Origin: Dimargaris cristalligena
Lineage: Eukaryota
Reading direction: 5' to 3'
NCBI GenBank assembly: GCA_003614675.1
Contig: ML002223.1
Span: 1 to 64,000 of the forward strand
Length of the DNA stretch: 64,000 nucleotides
Shown here: positions 37,691-51,100 of the stretch, piece by piece
Layout of the letters: the number at the start of each line of letters is the position of its first letter
Numbering within the stretch: position 1 is the stretch's first letter
Notes under the pieces: generated by a model
Seen by the model: only the letters and a program-made list of their open reading frames with translations
What the model was told of the DNA's origin: nothing
Databases searched by the model: none
Position numbers and translations under genes: made by a program

Positions 37691-38725
37691 TTAGACGGAG
37701 CGGTGGTAGTCATTGAGGGACTCCACCGTAGTGTACTCCGAACCGGCAATCTTGGGCTCGAAGAACTGGTCTTCGGCAGCGCGGGCGTGGTCTTCCAGGG
37801 ACCAACGCGAGGCCAATTCAGCGGCGGATTGGCCGACTTCGATGTAATCGTCCATGGGGGTGGACACCGTACCGCCTGCGGCGTGGTGGTGCTGGCTAGC
37901 CGTGGGGGTGTAGGAATGGTAGCCGTGGGTGGAGGATGATGATGAATCGGAGGCGGCATCCAGGGCCGACTGGGTCAGGACATCCTGCAGCATGTGTTCG
38001 GCCGAGACGTGCAGTTCTGGCCGGGCTTCGGCGTCGGCCGTCGCCTCGTGGGCTAATGGGTCGAGGTAACCCCGCACGGCGGAGCTGAAGGAGGATTCAC
38101 TGAGGTGGTCTTCCAGGTTATAGCTCATAGGGTGCGCCGAGCGCGCGGAAGAAGCGGAAGGGGAAGCGAAGGGTTTCGAGTGATGGCCCTGTTCTGCGGC
38201 CATGCGCTGAACCACCATGGATACTTTGTTTTCCAGGGGTGAGTAGGCCGTGCCGTAGGGGCTATGGAACACGGGACTAAAACTCTCCTCGACCGACCCC
38301 TTGACTACATAATGGACCGGGCCACGACCGCCCTCGGTCTCTTGTTCGGTGGAACGGTGGCGACCGAAGCTATCCCGGGCCACACTACCGGGGGCGGGGG
38401 CCATGTCGATGGAGGAGGCGAAACCTTCCAACTCACGCAGAGTCGAGCTGAGCATATCGCGGGCGCGGCGGATTTGGTCCAGTTCGGAGGTGAGGGAGCC
38501 TTGGTCGGCCGAGTGGGACATTTCGATTTTGATTTCATCCAGACCCCGTTTAAGGGCTTCCAGACTGAACAGGGGCTGGTGACCGGTGAAACCTTCCGCG
38601 TCGGAACTCAGGTAAAAGGTACGGCGGGCAGGAACGAGGGAGGTGGCGCGCACGTTGGCCGCGGTGGAGCGGCGGAGGGCGGCGGTCAAGAGGGCGGTAT
38701 GGCGGGGGGCGAAGGGTTTTATCAT
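37691..38725 (-). CDS. Hypothetical protein with mitochondrial-presequence-like N-terminus (344 aa)
   Basis: Long ATG ORF with high GC3. The N-terminus is Arg/Ala/Leu/Thr-rich and acid-free, ending in RRTF-Y. An upstream ATAAAA/CCAAT region is present. Confidence 0.75.
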   Translation of the reverse strand: MIKPFAPRHTALLTAALRRSTAANVRATSLVPARRTFYLSSDAEGFTGHQPLFSLEALKRGLDEIKIEMSHSADQGSLTSELDQIRRARDMLSSTLRELEGFASSIDMAPAPGSVARDSFGRHRSTEQETEGGRGPVHYVVKGSVEESFSPVFHSPYGTAYSPLENKVSMVVQRMAAEQGHHSKPFASPSASSARSAHPMSYNLEDHLSESSFSSAVRGYLDPLAHEATADAEARPELHVSAEHMLQDVLTQSALDAASDSSSSSTHGYHSYTPTASQHHHAAGGTVSTPMDDYIEVGQSAAELASRWSLEDHARAAEDQFFEPKIAGSEYTTVESLNDYHRSV

Positions 38726-41315
38726 TGTGATTAGGGATTGATTGGTTGGGAGGAGGGGTTGTGCAAAGGAAGAGGTAGAGGCGAAAGACGATAATATAAT
38801 CAGGAATGATTTAGATTCGATGGCGAGTATAATATTATATATTTAAGTGTGGGTGGTTTGGCAGTGAAGTGGGGTGGCGTATGTAGGTATAACGACTGAC
38901 TGGGAGGTTATAACAAAGCAATGACGACAAGGTGAGGTAATGGAAGGGGAGGCTGAGAAGAAGTAAAGGACAGGACAGAAGAAAGGTAGGAAGGGGGGCT
39001 GCGCTCTCCCCTTTTATATCCACCGACCGGGGGGCAACGTGACTACAACTTAATAGGAGGTTGATTGGCTGTGGGCCGTTGGCGGGTTAGTGGGATAGTC
39101 TACGCCCGGTGGATGTGATTATGGTGGTGGTGGTGAGTCAAAACGAAAGTGAGTGGAGTGGATGAGGCGATCGAATCACACGACCTATACTTTTACTCTT
39201 TCTTGTCTTCGTGCTTACTTATTATACAGCCAAGGACACAGTGAATGAGGAAGAGGGGGGGGGGTTTAGCCAAGAGTATAGTCTCTTTCACTGGACAACA
39301 CCGCGCGCCCATACATCACTGACGCACTCCCTAACCACAACATCCCCTCCTCATTCATTCACGGTCATACTCATATACTGATGACTAAAAGTACCCGTGA
39401 TTCTTTCGAAGAGTCCCGCGTCATCTCTGCTCCATTAACAGAGAGAAAGAGAAGCCCTACCACCCACCCCGCCGCCAACTTGGCCCATGTGATCAGACAC
39501 CGGCTCCCAATTAGCCTTTGCTCTTCCAATAAACGAAGCCCCGGCCAGTTCCGCTCGGCTATGGCCGTGGCCAACCACCGGGTATAATTAACCACCACAC
39601 TTTACCTTTCCGTTCAGTACCCCAGCCAAGCCCACCTCCCTTCTCCCATCCCTCCAGTTCCAATTTCGGGGCCCTCCTCCCAACAGGTCAATAGTATTTT
39701 ACATCCTCCGATAGACACGTCAAACTGGATAAGATTCTCATCATAGAAACCGCTCTCTCTTTGGATTGTTCATCTCTCGTTACACATGTATTGAACACAC
39801 GTATCACACTAATAGCAATACTTGGGGTTATTTTTGGGCATCCCACCCCTTCCAGAAGACCTAATGATGTTGTTATACACAGAATAGTCTAGATGCCAAG
39901 CCAGCGCTCTCCCCAGAAACCTCCACCAACCCTGCTCTGTATCCCGACCAGAAGCCGTGGTGAACCGAGAATCCTATTGTTTATCCCCGAGGGCCAGGGG
40001 GGATGTATGATTATCCACAAATGATATTATTAATACCCCCCCCTCCTTGTTCAAACCACCTCTCTCTATTTCCAATGGCAATCATTCTTGGTCTAAATGG
40101 ATCATGATGAGTCACGGGCGGGAAGAGGAGCAATATCTTAAAGACATTGGGCAATTCCACCGCTACCACCCAATATAATCGACCGATTCTTAAATGGGCG
40201 AATGATCAGTAGTGGTCCCCGCAATTATGTGTAGAGAGGGAGGGAAACATGGGCCCATATATCCCTGTCGATCATTACTAAAACTCTTCCTTCGGTTTAA
40301 CCTTGGCACAATCCCACTTCTCTCCAACACTTCCAATATCAGCCAACGGACATAGTAGGCCGTCCATCCATACATGGCTTAGTATTCTATAAATAGATTA
40401 TGGCGCCATTAACCCCGTCGAACTCTTTTTATAGGATGTGAAGCGTATACCCTTACTATATGGGGTTTTTATTAAGAAGGAGGTGGGGCACTCTTGGCTG
40501 TTTCGTCAATTAACGAAATTTGTATCAAGTACTGTTGTTAATTGTTTACTATTGTTCTATACCCCGTTCTGGTAAATCCCCCCCTACAATATGCCCCAGG
40601 TAAATATTCTCGACCTATCCAGGATTTCGGTGGGCACTCACTCACCCATAGTTGTGTCGGAATTCGGCCCATACTCCGGCAGCTTCATATGGCCTGATAG
40701 TTTTCGTGTTTATATAATACGCCTAGGCCATTCATTACACACTCCTCTTGCCATTCGGGGCTGACATGTGGACGGGTCCACTAATCATCCCATATGGCCT
40801 CCCTTTCCTTCATACTTGGTCCCAAATAATCAATCACTTTCCACATCATTCACCCTCTAAATGAGCTTAAAAACCCCCTTCCACCATTCCAGTCCCATCC
40901 CCAACACGTGCCTCACCATGTAAATTCTTGTCCCATTTTCAGCCAGTCTAGGGTACATCGAGGAGAGTTGTTGAATGGAACCAACTGGGCTGCCTCACAA
41001 TCAGTCGGCGCATTCCGAACCAGGGTCTCCCTTCCCTATTTTTCACCCCTGGATCATTCGATAAACCCATAATTTCAATTTTCCTATTGACTACCGCCAT
41101 TCATTCTCGTTTACATTTATTTCCCTCCTACACTTAAACTCCGTGACAAACCACTTCCCTACACGGGGTAGAGCATTTGGCAAGTGTCGTTGAGAGGTCC
41201 GGCTAGCCTATAGATTTGCTCCAACATCTCTTGATTAGATAATCAACCCGTCGCCCCTACCCACATGATGTCTTTTGGCGTCCACGTGTAGTGTCATCCG
41301 ATGGGGGCTCAGACC

Positions 41316-44300
41316 TAGTCCAACTTGGCCGCTTTTCGCTAGCCCGGCGATACGATGTGATGGAGGGAGATGGATGGAAGGTGTGATATAGTACAGTGTG
41401 AGTGATTCATCATCATTGCCCTCCAGCACGCCTCAGATTCCCCATTTTCAATGGCTTCCACACCGACATTAGTCAGACACAGTACACCGCCTCAGGTGTG
41501 TATAATTGAATGGCTATATTGCTTTTTGACCAACCCACGTGTAGCGATTGAGTGGTCAATAAGGGTCCGGAAGGAAGAGGGCCAAAGGGAGTACCTTGTA
41601 AGTACGGGGGCGTTTCGCAGCCTTGGGTGCCTCACTGCTATGCGAGTCAGCTGCATCGCGCGGTTTCTAGATAGGTTAGCACATTGGGAAGTATATTGGC
41701 CAGGTGAATATATCATTACTGCCCATACTGAGTATCCTACTGACCGGGTATAGTATGATAAATTATGATAATGTAGAAACGACGCACTAGGAGAGCGTGT
41801 ACTGCGAAAGTACTCTCATTATGGAATCTCCGGCTATGGATTGGATGCACCATCATTTCCCGCCCTGCCAGAAAGCTGTCATACTCACAGTATAATGGTT
41901 CCACCTCCTTTCCCTTGTGCCAGCCAGTGCTGAGTAAAAGTTACATACATCGACATGCCTTCAAATGTCTTGCATTGCAGCACGTAAAAATGGTACCATT
42001 TAAAGTGGGAGCGGTGGGTTGTGGAGATAAGGTAAATAGATCCTTATCACCCTTCTGTTTCTAAACCGCGAACGCGACTTACCTTGGCGGTAGTAGCGGT
42101 CCCTCGGTCTAGAGTGCTCAAACCAGCTGCCTTGCCTCGCTTGTCTCTCGCAGGGGGATCATCCGGGGGCGATGTTGATACGGATTCTGGGCTGGTCTGG
42201 AGGTATAAGGTGCAATTATTCCAATATTTGCTGATTTTAATCAAAGCCGTACTATAATTGCCAACCGAAGTACTCGTAGTCGGATTACCGATGCCAGCCT
42301 TGCAAAGACTATCGCCATTTCTGCCACCGCCCCGCCTGCATAATTTTACAAGGTCGATTGACTCGGCGTAAAATAAATATTTTCCCCAAATACCCCTTTT
42401 GGAGTAGGCCACCTTGGCCACTTCCTCCGAGTTCCGGATACATTCCAACAAAAATTGTCGGAATTGATTTTGGCCAGACCAACTGGACACATTCACCTAC
42501 ATGGTTGAGCTGGTCGGGGAATTCATTATGGCAGTCATGTCGCGATGTCCAATGTTGGTGGTATACTGCGAATGTTGGTAGTGAATTTCCCGCGGCTAAG
42601 GGCTGTATATTGGTGGCGGTTGGCTCGAAACATCGGCTGTTGACATCAGGCATAATCAACTGAGTAATGTAGCCGGTTCTACTATCCTTTGTATCACAAT
42701 ATTTTCCAAAGTAAATAGAGGTCAAGCAATTAGTGCCTAATCATTGACAATGAGGGTTGGTATACAATAAATCGAGAGGGCTTAGGGGATTATCAGGCCG
42801 TTTGATTGACGCAATTGCACCAAGAGATCCACAATCCATCGGCAAATGACTGAATTAGTGTACGTAGGGGGGGGGGTGCGTTTTCGATGCTTTTATCCTC
42901 CCTTCCCATTATTCCCAGTTTGGTCGAACTCACGCGACCCTAGTTGGGCAATTGGAGGTTCCCAGTTGGGACTGTTTTTTCGGCTCTCACTTGCAGATGC
43001 TGGTTGTTCCGCCCATATCGGACCTTCAGTACTGAAGTTGCCTATCCGCTGCCCCTTCCAAATGAGGCGGTCTCTTGAGAATATGTACCCATGCAGCATA
43101 GTTTGCTTACATCTTGACCGCCTGGGAACCCCATCCGTTCAATTCCAGGAATACACGTAAGGCGTGGGAGAGAGGAGAAGTCCATCGTTATGATTGCCTG
43201 GGCTGGCTTTGGTCTTATCCTAATAATGTGTAGTCTATACTCCGCACTTACCGTCGTGTAGCAGTCTGCGGGAGATACCACCCACGGGAATGTTCCGGGA
43301 ATGCAGTCTGAGTCAAACCGGGTGGGGTTTACACCTCTACCCAGTTCAATATTTGCAAACGAATAAGATCCAAATAAGGCTACAGTTAAAGGTTGATGGT
43401 CACAATTCGGCGCACATATTGCTTGGTCAGGATTTGTGGCGATTTTAGAACTGGACTACGTGTCATCCCTTTAGAACATGCCACGACACTCTGTTAGCGT
43501 AGAAAATCATGAGACACTTACTGGCCATGGTCCAGGTGGTTCGCCTGTTCCACTCTTCTATTATATCTCTTTAGACTGGTGACCAGTTCTTCCACCCTGC
43601 CCTAGTCCCATTCCCACCGATATATTAATATTAGCATCGGACCGTTGCAGAGGTGAAAGCCTATGTGCTTATGCTATGGGTAAGAGGAGTTTGCTTAATG
43701 TAATTTGGTTTACACACTACGATCATATGGGATTGGCCTACATGAACTTACCTATCCAAAGTTCCCAAACCGCCACCGAGCTCCTGTAACGATGGCAGTT
43801 CGACCGAAGGGTTACTCAAATGTTGGTCGAGAATGGCCTGCAGCCTGTGTTTAAACTTGGCACCAAAAAACCGATTCACAGTCCAAACATTAAATACAAA
43901 TTCCCAATATTTTTCTCTAATCTCTTACCAATAAAACAGGTCTCCAAATAACAGAACGATGGCTTAACAGTTCTGTTTAGAATGGTATACTTGAACAGGC
44001 GCACTGGTCTATTACCTTCGGTCGGTATTAAGGAGCTGGGCCTTTGTGCGAGTTGTCTCCAATACCAGCTGTTCGCCTTTATTTTCCAGTCTTTGGAGTG
44101 TGAGGTGCTGGCATTTGCGCACCCTGTCAAGCCTATTAAGGTAATTATTACAAATCCATTGACTTTAGTCGGCAGGAAATTGAAGTATATCGACTTTGTT
44201 AAAGCAAACAAAGCAACTTGGTAAAGCTTTACTTACGTTTCTGTGAACTTTTCAAGTTGACTGTCTAGCCCAGCCATAACTTTTGTTTGAAGGGAGTCGA

Positions 44301-46985
44301 ATCGATCGATACGCGCAGCCACTGTGATGATCATTGATTTAATACTCTCAGCCCGCTTGGCCGAAGTGACTTCTCCGACGTTTTCCAAATAAAATACTCC
44401 AATTTAATGAATCATCCTACCTCCAGATTCTACTATTGATTCCTTCCGCGTTATTATTCTACTTACGGCATCCCTAGACTATATCTGATATGTCACCAAC
44501 CTTGTTTAGCCGTCAATGTGGCACATTTTCTATCCCAGTTACCAACTTCCTCATTCTTGCCAGCTAGAACTTGAGTGAGGCTATTGTAGTCCTCTTGTAG
44601 TTGGGCGAACTGGAGCTCGCGGGCCTGGCAGTCCTTCAAATCCAGGCGGAGCTCCTCTATTGTAACTTGATCTACGGCTTTATCTGGTTATGATTAGGAT
44701 TGGTCAGGACAAAGTTACATACAGCAGTACTTGTTGAATAAGGGCGAATATTACGCGGAAGTACGGTTATTAAGTTATAATGGGAGATATTTACCCTAAC
44801 ATTAAAAGCAATCCCGCATTAGAATAAATTAGATGGAAGGGGCAAACCAGGCCATACTGACCTTGGTTTAGCCTGTCAATCTGGTCTTGTAACTCCGCAA
44901 TTTTTGCCGCCAGTTCTCGGCCCTCTCTCGCATACTCCTCCAAATGAGCCTAAAAAATGGCAACGAATTAGTTAAGGTAAATCTCACTACCTTGATATTT
45001 CTACTCCCTACTCGCCGAAGGAACCCTTTAGGGCTATTGGTGTCGTTAGGATGCACTCAGCTACTCACTTGACTACTTTGGTGCTTGTCACTTAAGCTTG
45101 ATAACCTGGCGCAGGGTTATATATATATATATATATGTATAAATGAGTATAATGTAGAATAGTTTGGCATTTGGGACATTAGATCAACTTACGAGCAGTA
45201 GGAGTGGCCTAGAGCGTATATTGATATATATTGATCCGAGGTTTTTAGCTTATCCAGCTGTGAACGAGTTATCTCACTTACCGCTTCTCGTTTTCGCTGC
45301 AGCGCTCAAAGGTGGCTTGTAGTATATTGTCTACTTTCTTGATGGCTATCTCGTGCCGCTCCTTCTGGCAAGTGGCCTTCTGGAGTTTCTCGTGGTTCTC
45401 ATTGAGTTGCGTATGCTACCATATCCACCGCGATGTGGTGATCGGGGTTGGCAAAGGCCATGAGTTAAACAAATTGTTTGAAGGGAATATGGCCAATAAT
45501 ATTCTGATTAAACATCTTCTTGGTCATAAAAAAACAATGTGAAATATAATATCGCTGGTGCTCACTGTTTTTAAGTATCAGTAAACAGTTAGTCGTTATT
45601 CTTGCGTACCAGAGAATTTATCAGGTGGTCTTTTTCAGTGTCCCGGTTTTTCCAATCCCGCAAGAGCTGCACCACCATGGCCTGGTGGTCAAACCCCGGT
45701 GTATTCATTCGTAAGAAAGGGTGTGGAGCTGGCGGTGGCTGGGATGGACCCAACTCTTTATCACTTAGGCCTGTTACTAGTGGGACTGTCACCAAGGGCG
45801 AGGGCGGCGATGTCAAAGGTATTGTCATTGTGGCATTTGTGGGTTGTTCTGTGAGCTTGGAAGAAATTCTAAGCTGAGGCGTTTCCTATTTCATTATAGT
45901 GGATGTACAATATATAGGAATAACGTCTGCCAATGAATGGGTAATTTCACGAGGGTATTTAGCTGGGCCGCTCTCATGAGGTATGTGTCACTCAAGCTGC
46001 TCCAAAAACCTACTAGACCGACCTTTTGTTTGGTCGGCTGACTCGTAGCTGCCGAAATGGGGGGTTTGTCAATTGACGGGCGAAACGCACTTGGCTTTAG
46101 AGAAGTGGTGAATTTAGAGGCAAGCGAGTTGAGCCGCTGTATTTTGCGGACAATCGACTCTTTTTTTGCTCCTGGTGGAGAAGGGGTGGTTGGGGTAGGC
46201 TGTATTTCAGTTGTTTGATGTAAGTCGTCACCAGTTTCCTTTGACGCATTCGCAAATGGTATTTCTTGCACTTTTACCGCTATATTCGGTATCGTCAGGT
46301 CTACAACAGTTGATCCGTCAAAGACTGTGGCTGATTCGAGCAAGTCTTTATATTGTAGGATATGTCGTGAGGGCGTATCATCAGTCAATAGTGGACGCCA
46401 GAAAAATAATAATACCTCGATTTATCTTTGCATAGTGGTGGGTGTTTCGACCAAGCATCCAAATATATCAATGAGAAAGGGTCTGTGTTTTAACTTGGTA
46501 CGATACTTACTAGGTTGGGGGGTATTTCTATCACCTATATTAGGATAATTGCAGTCGGACTGGTCGGGGGGTGAAATATCGACTGGCGGATATCCAGGGG
46601 TTGGCGCCGGCGAAGGACAGTCGGGACCGGCGGTTTCCAGCAGTGGATCGATATTAATCACCAGTGAATCCTCGGATGGCTGTGTTACTGACGGAGTCTC
46701 GGAAGCCGCATCACCCGGGTCACAGTCCAGGGCGAAATCGAAATCCGATTCGCTGGGGGTAGGGGCGGGAATAGACCCGATTGATGTAGTTAGAAAACGC
46801 GGGGCCAAATCCGAGTTGTCTAGGCCATTGTTATTGCAGTTCTCAGGGGGCGGGAGCTCAGAGCGGATCCGGAGGCTGTTCCCAGGCGCAGGCGGGTCTC
46901 GAAAAAGCGTAGAGAAGGGTCTCGTGGTGGGCTGGCGACCCGCTGCAGTTCGGCCTGATAGGCGTTTAAATGAGAAAGGGGGCAT
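41316..46985 (-). CDS. Multi-exon orphan coiled-coil protein (3' boundary and exon chain uncertain)
   Basis: Pro/Ser-rich first exon (MPPFSFKRLSGR..., donor GTAAGT at 46510). Successive short open exons bounded by AG/GTAAG encode helical segments (HTQLNENHEKLQKATCQKE, IEELRLDLKDCQARELQFAQLQEDY, LDRVRKCQHLTLQRLENKGEQL) and a basic tail (APKAAKRPRTYK). Confidence 0.5.
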
Positions 46986-48157
46986 CGGGGCTAGTATTTT
47001 GCTATATGTAACCCAACCAGCCCAAGCATCCGATGTATGCGACTGGTAACGGCAATGTAAATAGTAATTTTAAAAGGGGAAGCAAGGCTGGAAAGCCGGC
47101 CCGAGTCGAAAGGTCCTTGGATAAAACTCGACGGGTTTGGAGTTGGCGAAGGCATATAAGGAGTGTATGCGGCTGAAGCTACGGATGCTAAGGGCTTCTT
47201 CACCTTGGTGCATATAGTCAGGATGTGTGGTTACCATGCAGCGGGAGTTAGTTCGGGATAGTGACTGTGGCTCTCTGTTTTTATCGGGCCAGGCGGTTCT
47301 AGGTTTATTATGGCGGCCTGGTTATTTGAGATTAATCAGCGGGGTATTGTAGAGTAGCCTCCTCCCCAACCACAGTTATTGGTTGGTAGTTATTACCTGG
47401 GCCGGGGAATATATCACTCAACTATCTATTACTACTCTATACTTCCACTAGTGTGCTAGGGGGGAGATTCCCCCGCTCGTCCTTTGCCGAGCCAATCTGC
47501 GTCCAGCCTCGTCTACCCCACGTTCCAGCTCAAGGCGCTCCGTGCTGTCAGCCAATCCGCTGCATCGTCTCTAATTCCGGTTGTCTCACTTCCTTTCCTT
47601 TGCATTGCCTTTAGGTAGGTGGACTTTCTCCCTCCTCTACTGATCAATCTCCTCTTTGTGTGTGGTGCGTGTATAGCTCCAAGTCCCTTCCCCGCTCTTT
47701 CTTTTCCCTCCATATATCCGCGCATATACGCGTCTTACCTATTCCCGCCGACCCTTAAAAAACCCTGTTAATTTTTTATTTGAGTGCCTTGACTCTATCT
47801 CCCTTCAGTTCGCTCCTTTACGGTTGTCTTGTTAGAGCTTCGCTCCGTCCCCCCTACTCGGAAACTCCGCCCACCACCGCATCTGGGGACGCCCGTCTGT
47901 CTTGGATTCCGTGGTACTCCCTGGCTGCCGATTCCTTTTCGCCAATTTACACGTACTTGCAGTCCTTACCCCTCTCCCTATTTCCCCTCGCCCGTTCTAT
48001 TGCGCATCTACTTGATTCCTGCTGTTCTGTATAGTCCTTTTGTTTATGTGCCGCGTTTCATCGTCCCACCTGTTTATTTCGTTCATTTAGTCCGATTCCG
48101 AAGTGCCATAGCGACTCCCCTAAAAGCCCACTTACATCCCCCCTGGCCCATGATTCC

Positions 48158-51100
48158 ATGCTTACCGAAAATTCGCTAACCAATATCCTGTCTCTGGTAA
48201 GTCGTCCCCGCTGCTTCGACCCAATGGGCCTACAGACCCTACCCAAATCGGAGACTATTGGCCTCCCCTCCCCCAGGGGTAGCCCATTGCGAGCCACCCG
48301 TTCAAACAGTTCGTGGGTCTCTGTGTTACCCGCTGGCAATCGCCTGTTTACTTTCCATAGCCCAGCCCAGACCACCCAAAACTAACTGAGTTGTCCCAAC
48401 CCATTAACCTAATTATTACGCCGTTCTTTTGCTGCATCGGTCGGTCCACTTTGGTTTAATTAATTACGCTTTTCCCCAAAATCCAGGCAGGATTCGCCCA
48501 AGTTCGATGGCGCTGCTATAGCTACACGTGTAAGCGCTCGGAACTTTGCGAAATTATAAATTTCGATCCTAATGTCGCTGCTGACGGCCTGCCATTGCCG
48601 AAGGAGTCACCCGGTCGTCCACCATTTGTGCCAACTCCATTGGCCCGTGATCCCCTATTCCGGGCGTATGTGCAACTTCTCCAGGGCGAGTTCCTAACCC
48701 ATTGGCAGTACCAGAGTGACGACCCCCTGGCCACGCCTACCGACAGCCCTGTCCATCTATTCCCAAGGGGTAACGCTAATCACCATCCGCCGGGGGCATC
48801 CTTTATTAATGATTCGGCTGACCCTGACGTTCGGCGGGAGCTGTGGGTGTTTATATCTCGGGAGGACACATTTCGCAAAGTGGATACTATGCTCACTGAC
48901 CTAACAGGTAAGTTGCCCGAAGGAAACTTCACCCTATACACGCTAGTCAATGTAGGCTTGATCATGCCCTCCAGGCCCCTTCTGACTTCTGTAAGACTAA
49001 CCCACTCCACTTTTTTATACCGTGTCTCCCTTTTCCGTCCGCTAGAAATCCAATCCGGTATGATCAACTGGGATAGCATCCCAGACGCCATCGCGGGCCG
49101 TGGCTTAGCTCTAAACGGATCCGTCAGTCCGGAATGCCGGGCTTTTTACCGTTCTATTCACAACCTTATTGACCGGTAAGGGTAGTCTACAGGAAATTTT
49201 ATTATCCCTGAACTGACCAATTTCACTGAATAACTGAGGTAGATTTCCGGACTACCATTTGGCTATCTTGATTGTTGGAGGCTGGTTATTCTCACCATAG
49301 CATCTACTAACACTTTTAAAATCGAAATGCATTGGCTGTGCACCTATATCCCTCTACCCGCCCTTAGTTGCCTTATACGAGATGCCATATACCGCGTCAA
49401 TGATATCTGGGTAGTGTCTCCAACCTCCCGGCTATCCCGTTACCTCGGCTATACTTCGTCCACCTCCCTTAAGCGGCCCCCATCCAGCCTTGTCGGGTTT
49501 ACCTTGGATATTAACCCCATCAGTCTCCAAATTCTGCTTCATCCCCAGTTCTATCGGTTAAATCTTCTCCCCGTTTCCTTGCCCGACATTGTGCACCGTG
49601 CACATGTTTTAACGAGTCCATTGGGTGAAGCGGCCCATATTGTGGGCGTACCCGACTTATCCCCAGCCGCTCTCCGCTTCATCGAGCTCGAATGGTCACT
49701 GGTCCTTGGTCTTCCCGAGCCTTCTCCCGAACCCCGTTCGACAACTGGCTGTTCTGCCCTCCCTAGTGTCCTAGAACTGCGTTTGCTGTGCAATAACCGT
49801 ACCCTATACTACCCAACTTGCTTAACATTTGTAACTTCACCTAAATCCGTATTTGGTGGCCCTCGTTCACACCCAGATGTCCGGGTCCAACCGCCGCCTC
49901 CTGGTAAGTCCCATTCGCCAATTCGGCCAATAGCTACTAGAAGTAACAGCGTGTCCCTAGACCTATAAGTTGAACCGATTATAATAGTCGGCAACTAGCT
50001 GGTATCAGGGGGTTTCCAATGGCTATGTGCACGACCCTCCGCTCACTACTGTTTTATGATGTCCACTGATTTGTTTCCCTCACTAGATTCCACCAAGGTG
50101 CCGACTGGGCCAATACACAATCCACTTCCCGCTGTATCGCTCCCTCTAATCCACCCGACCCGATCCGCCCCCGATTTCTACTGGAATATGACCGACCCAT
50201 TTTCGTATTTATTCGACGTATTAAGTGATGTATCTACCATCTCAGGCGATGTCGGCCCTAATGCCAATTCTAAGTTAAGCGAGGGTCAGGGCGGTGAGGC
50301 TCGGCCAGTAAAGTCCGAGCCCAGAAGTTGGTCGCTTGACAATGACTTGACCCACCGAAGTCAACGGAGTCGTATTGGTCTTACCCCCATATCAACCCCC
50401 GGCCATTTGTCGTCCATGTCTCCCCAACCCGCGGTCCCCTATTTCGGTAAATCGACTGACTTGGCCAACCTTGATCCCTCCGCTCACCTACCCACTGCCC
50501 CTTCAACTGTTGAGACTACCCAGGAACCTAGTGGGCCACCCGAGATCACTCACGGGGTATCCAGGGTAGGGAGCCGGTCCCATGAAAGCGAAGTTGATAG
50601 TGGCTTTGCGTCGGGCTCACTGACAGAGATAAAGGCTGGTCCGACGCCTCAATCAGTCCCGATGGCCGCCAACGTCAACCCAACGACCGCAGCGGCATTA
50701 AATAAGGAGATGTCAGATCCATTTGCTATGCAATCGACTATGGGGGGGAGTCAGAACCACGACCTTCTCCTCATGGATAATTCGACTGATGTGATGCTTT
50801 CCAACAGCTATGGATTCGAGGATCTGGATACTGGCCTTGATGTCACTGAAGACGATTTTAGTTTCTTTGACGATGTAAGTACAACGATATGTATGGTATT
50901 TAAAACAATACCGTGTGTGCCTCCTACTGATAGTATTGGCACTGGAGTTTCACATGCAAATGTAGCATCGCTAACTTCTCTGTGTACCCCCTTACATATT
51001 TTACTACCTATAGGGTCCGGCAAAGTCCCACATGACAGCCAATCCAATACCCCGGGCCGCTGCGGTGGCCACCTCATTCAGCGATATCATAGATAAGGCC

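Noticed and set aside
40904..41541. Three CACGTG E-boxes a few kb from the CBF1 gene
   Set aside because: They lack the full RTCACGTG Cbf1 consensus, are not in an evident promoter, and could arise by chance.
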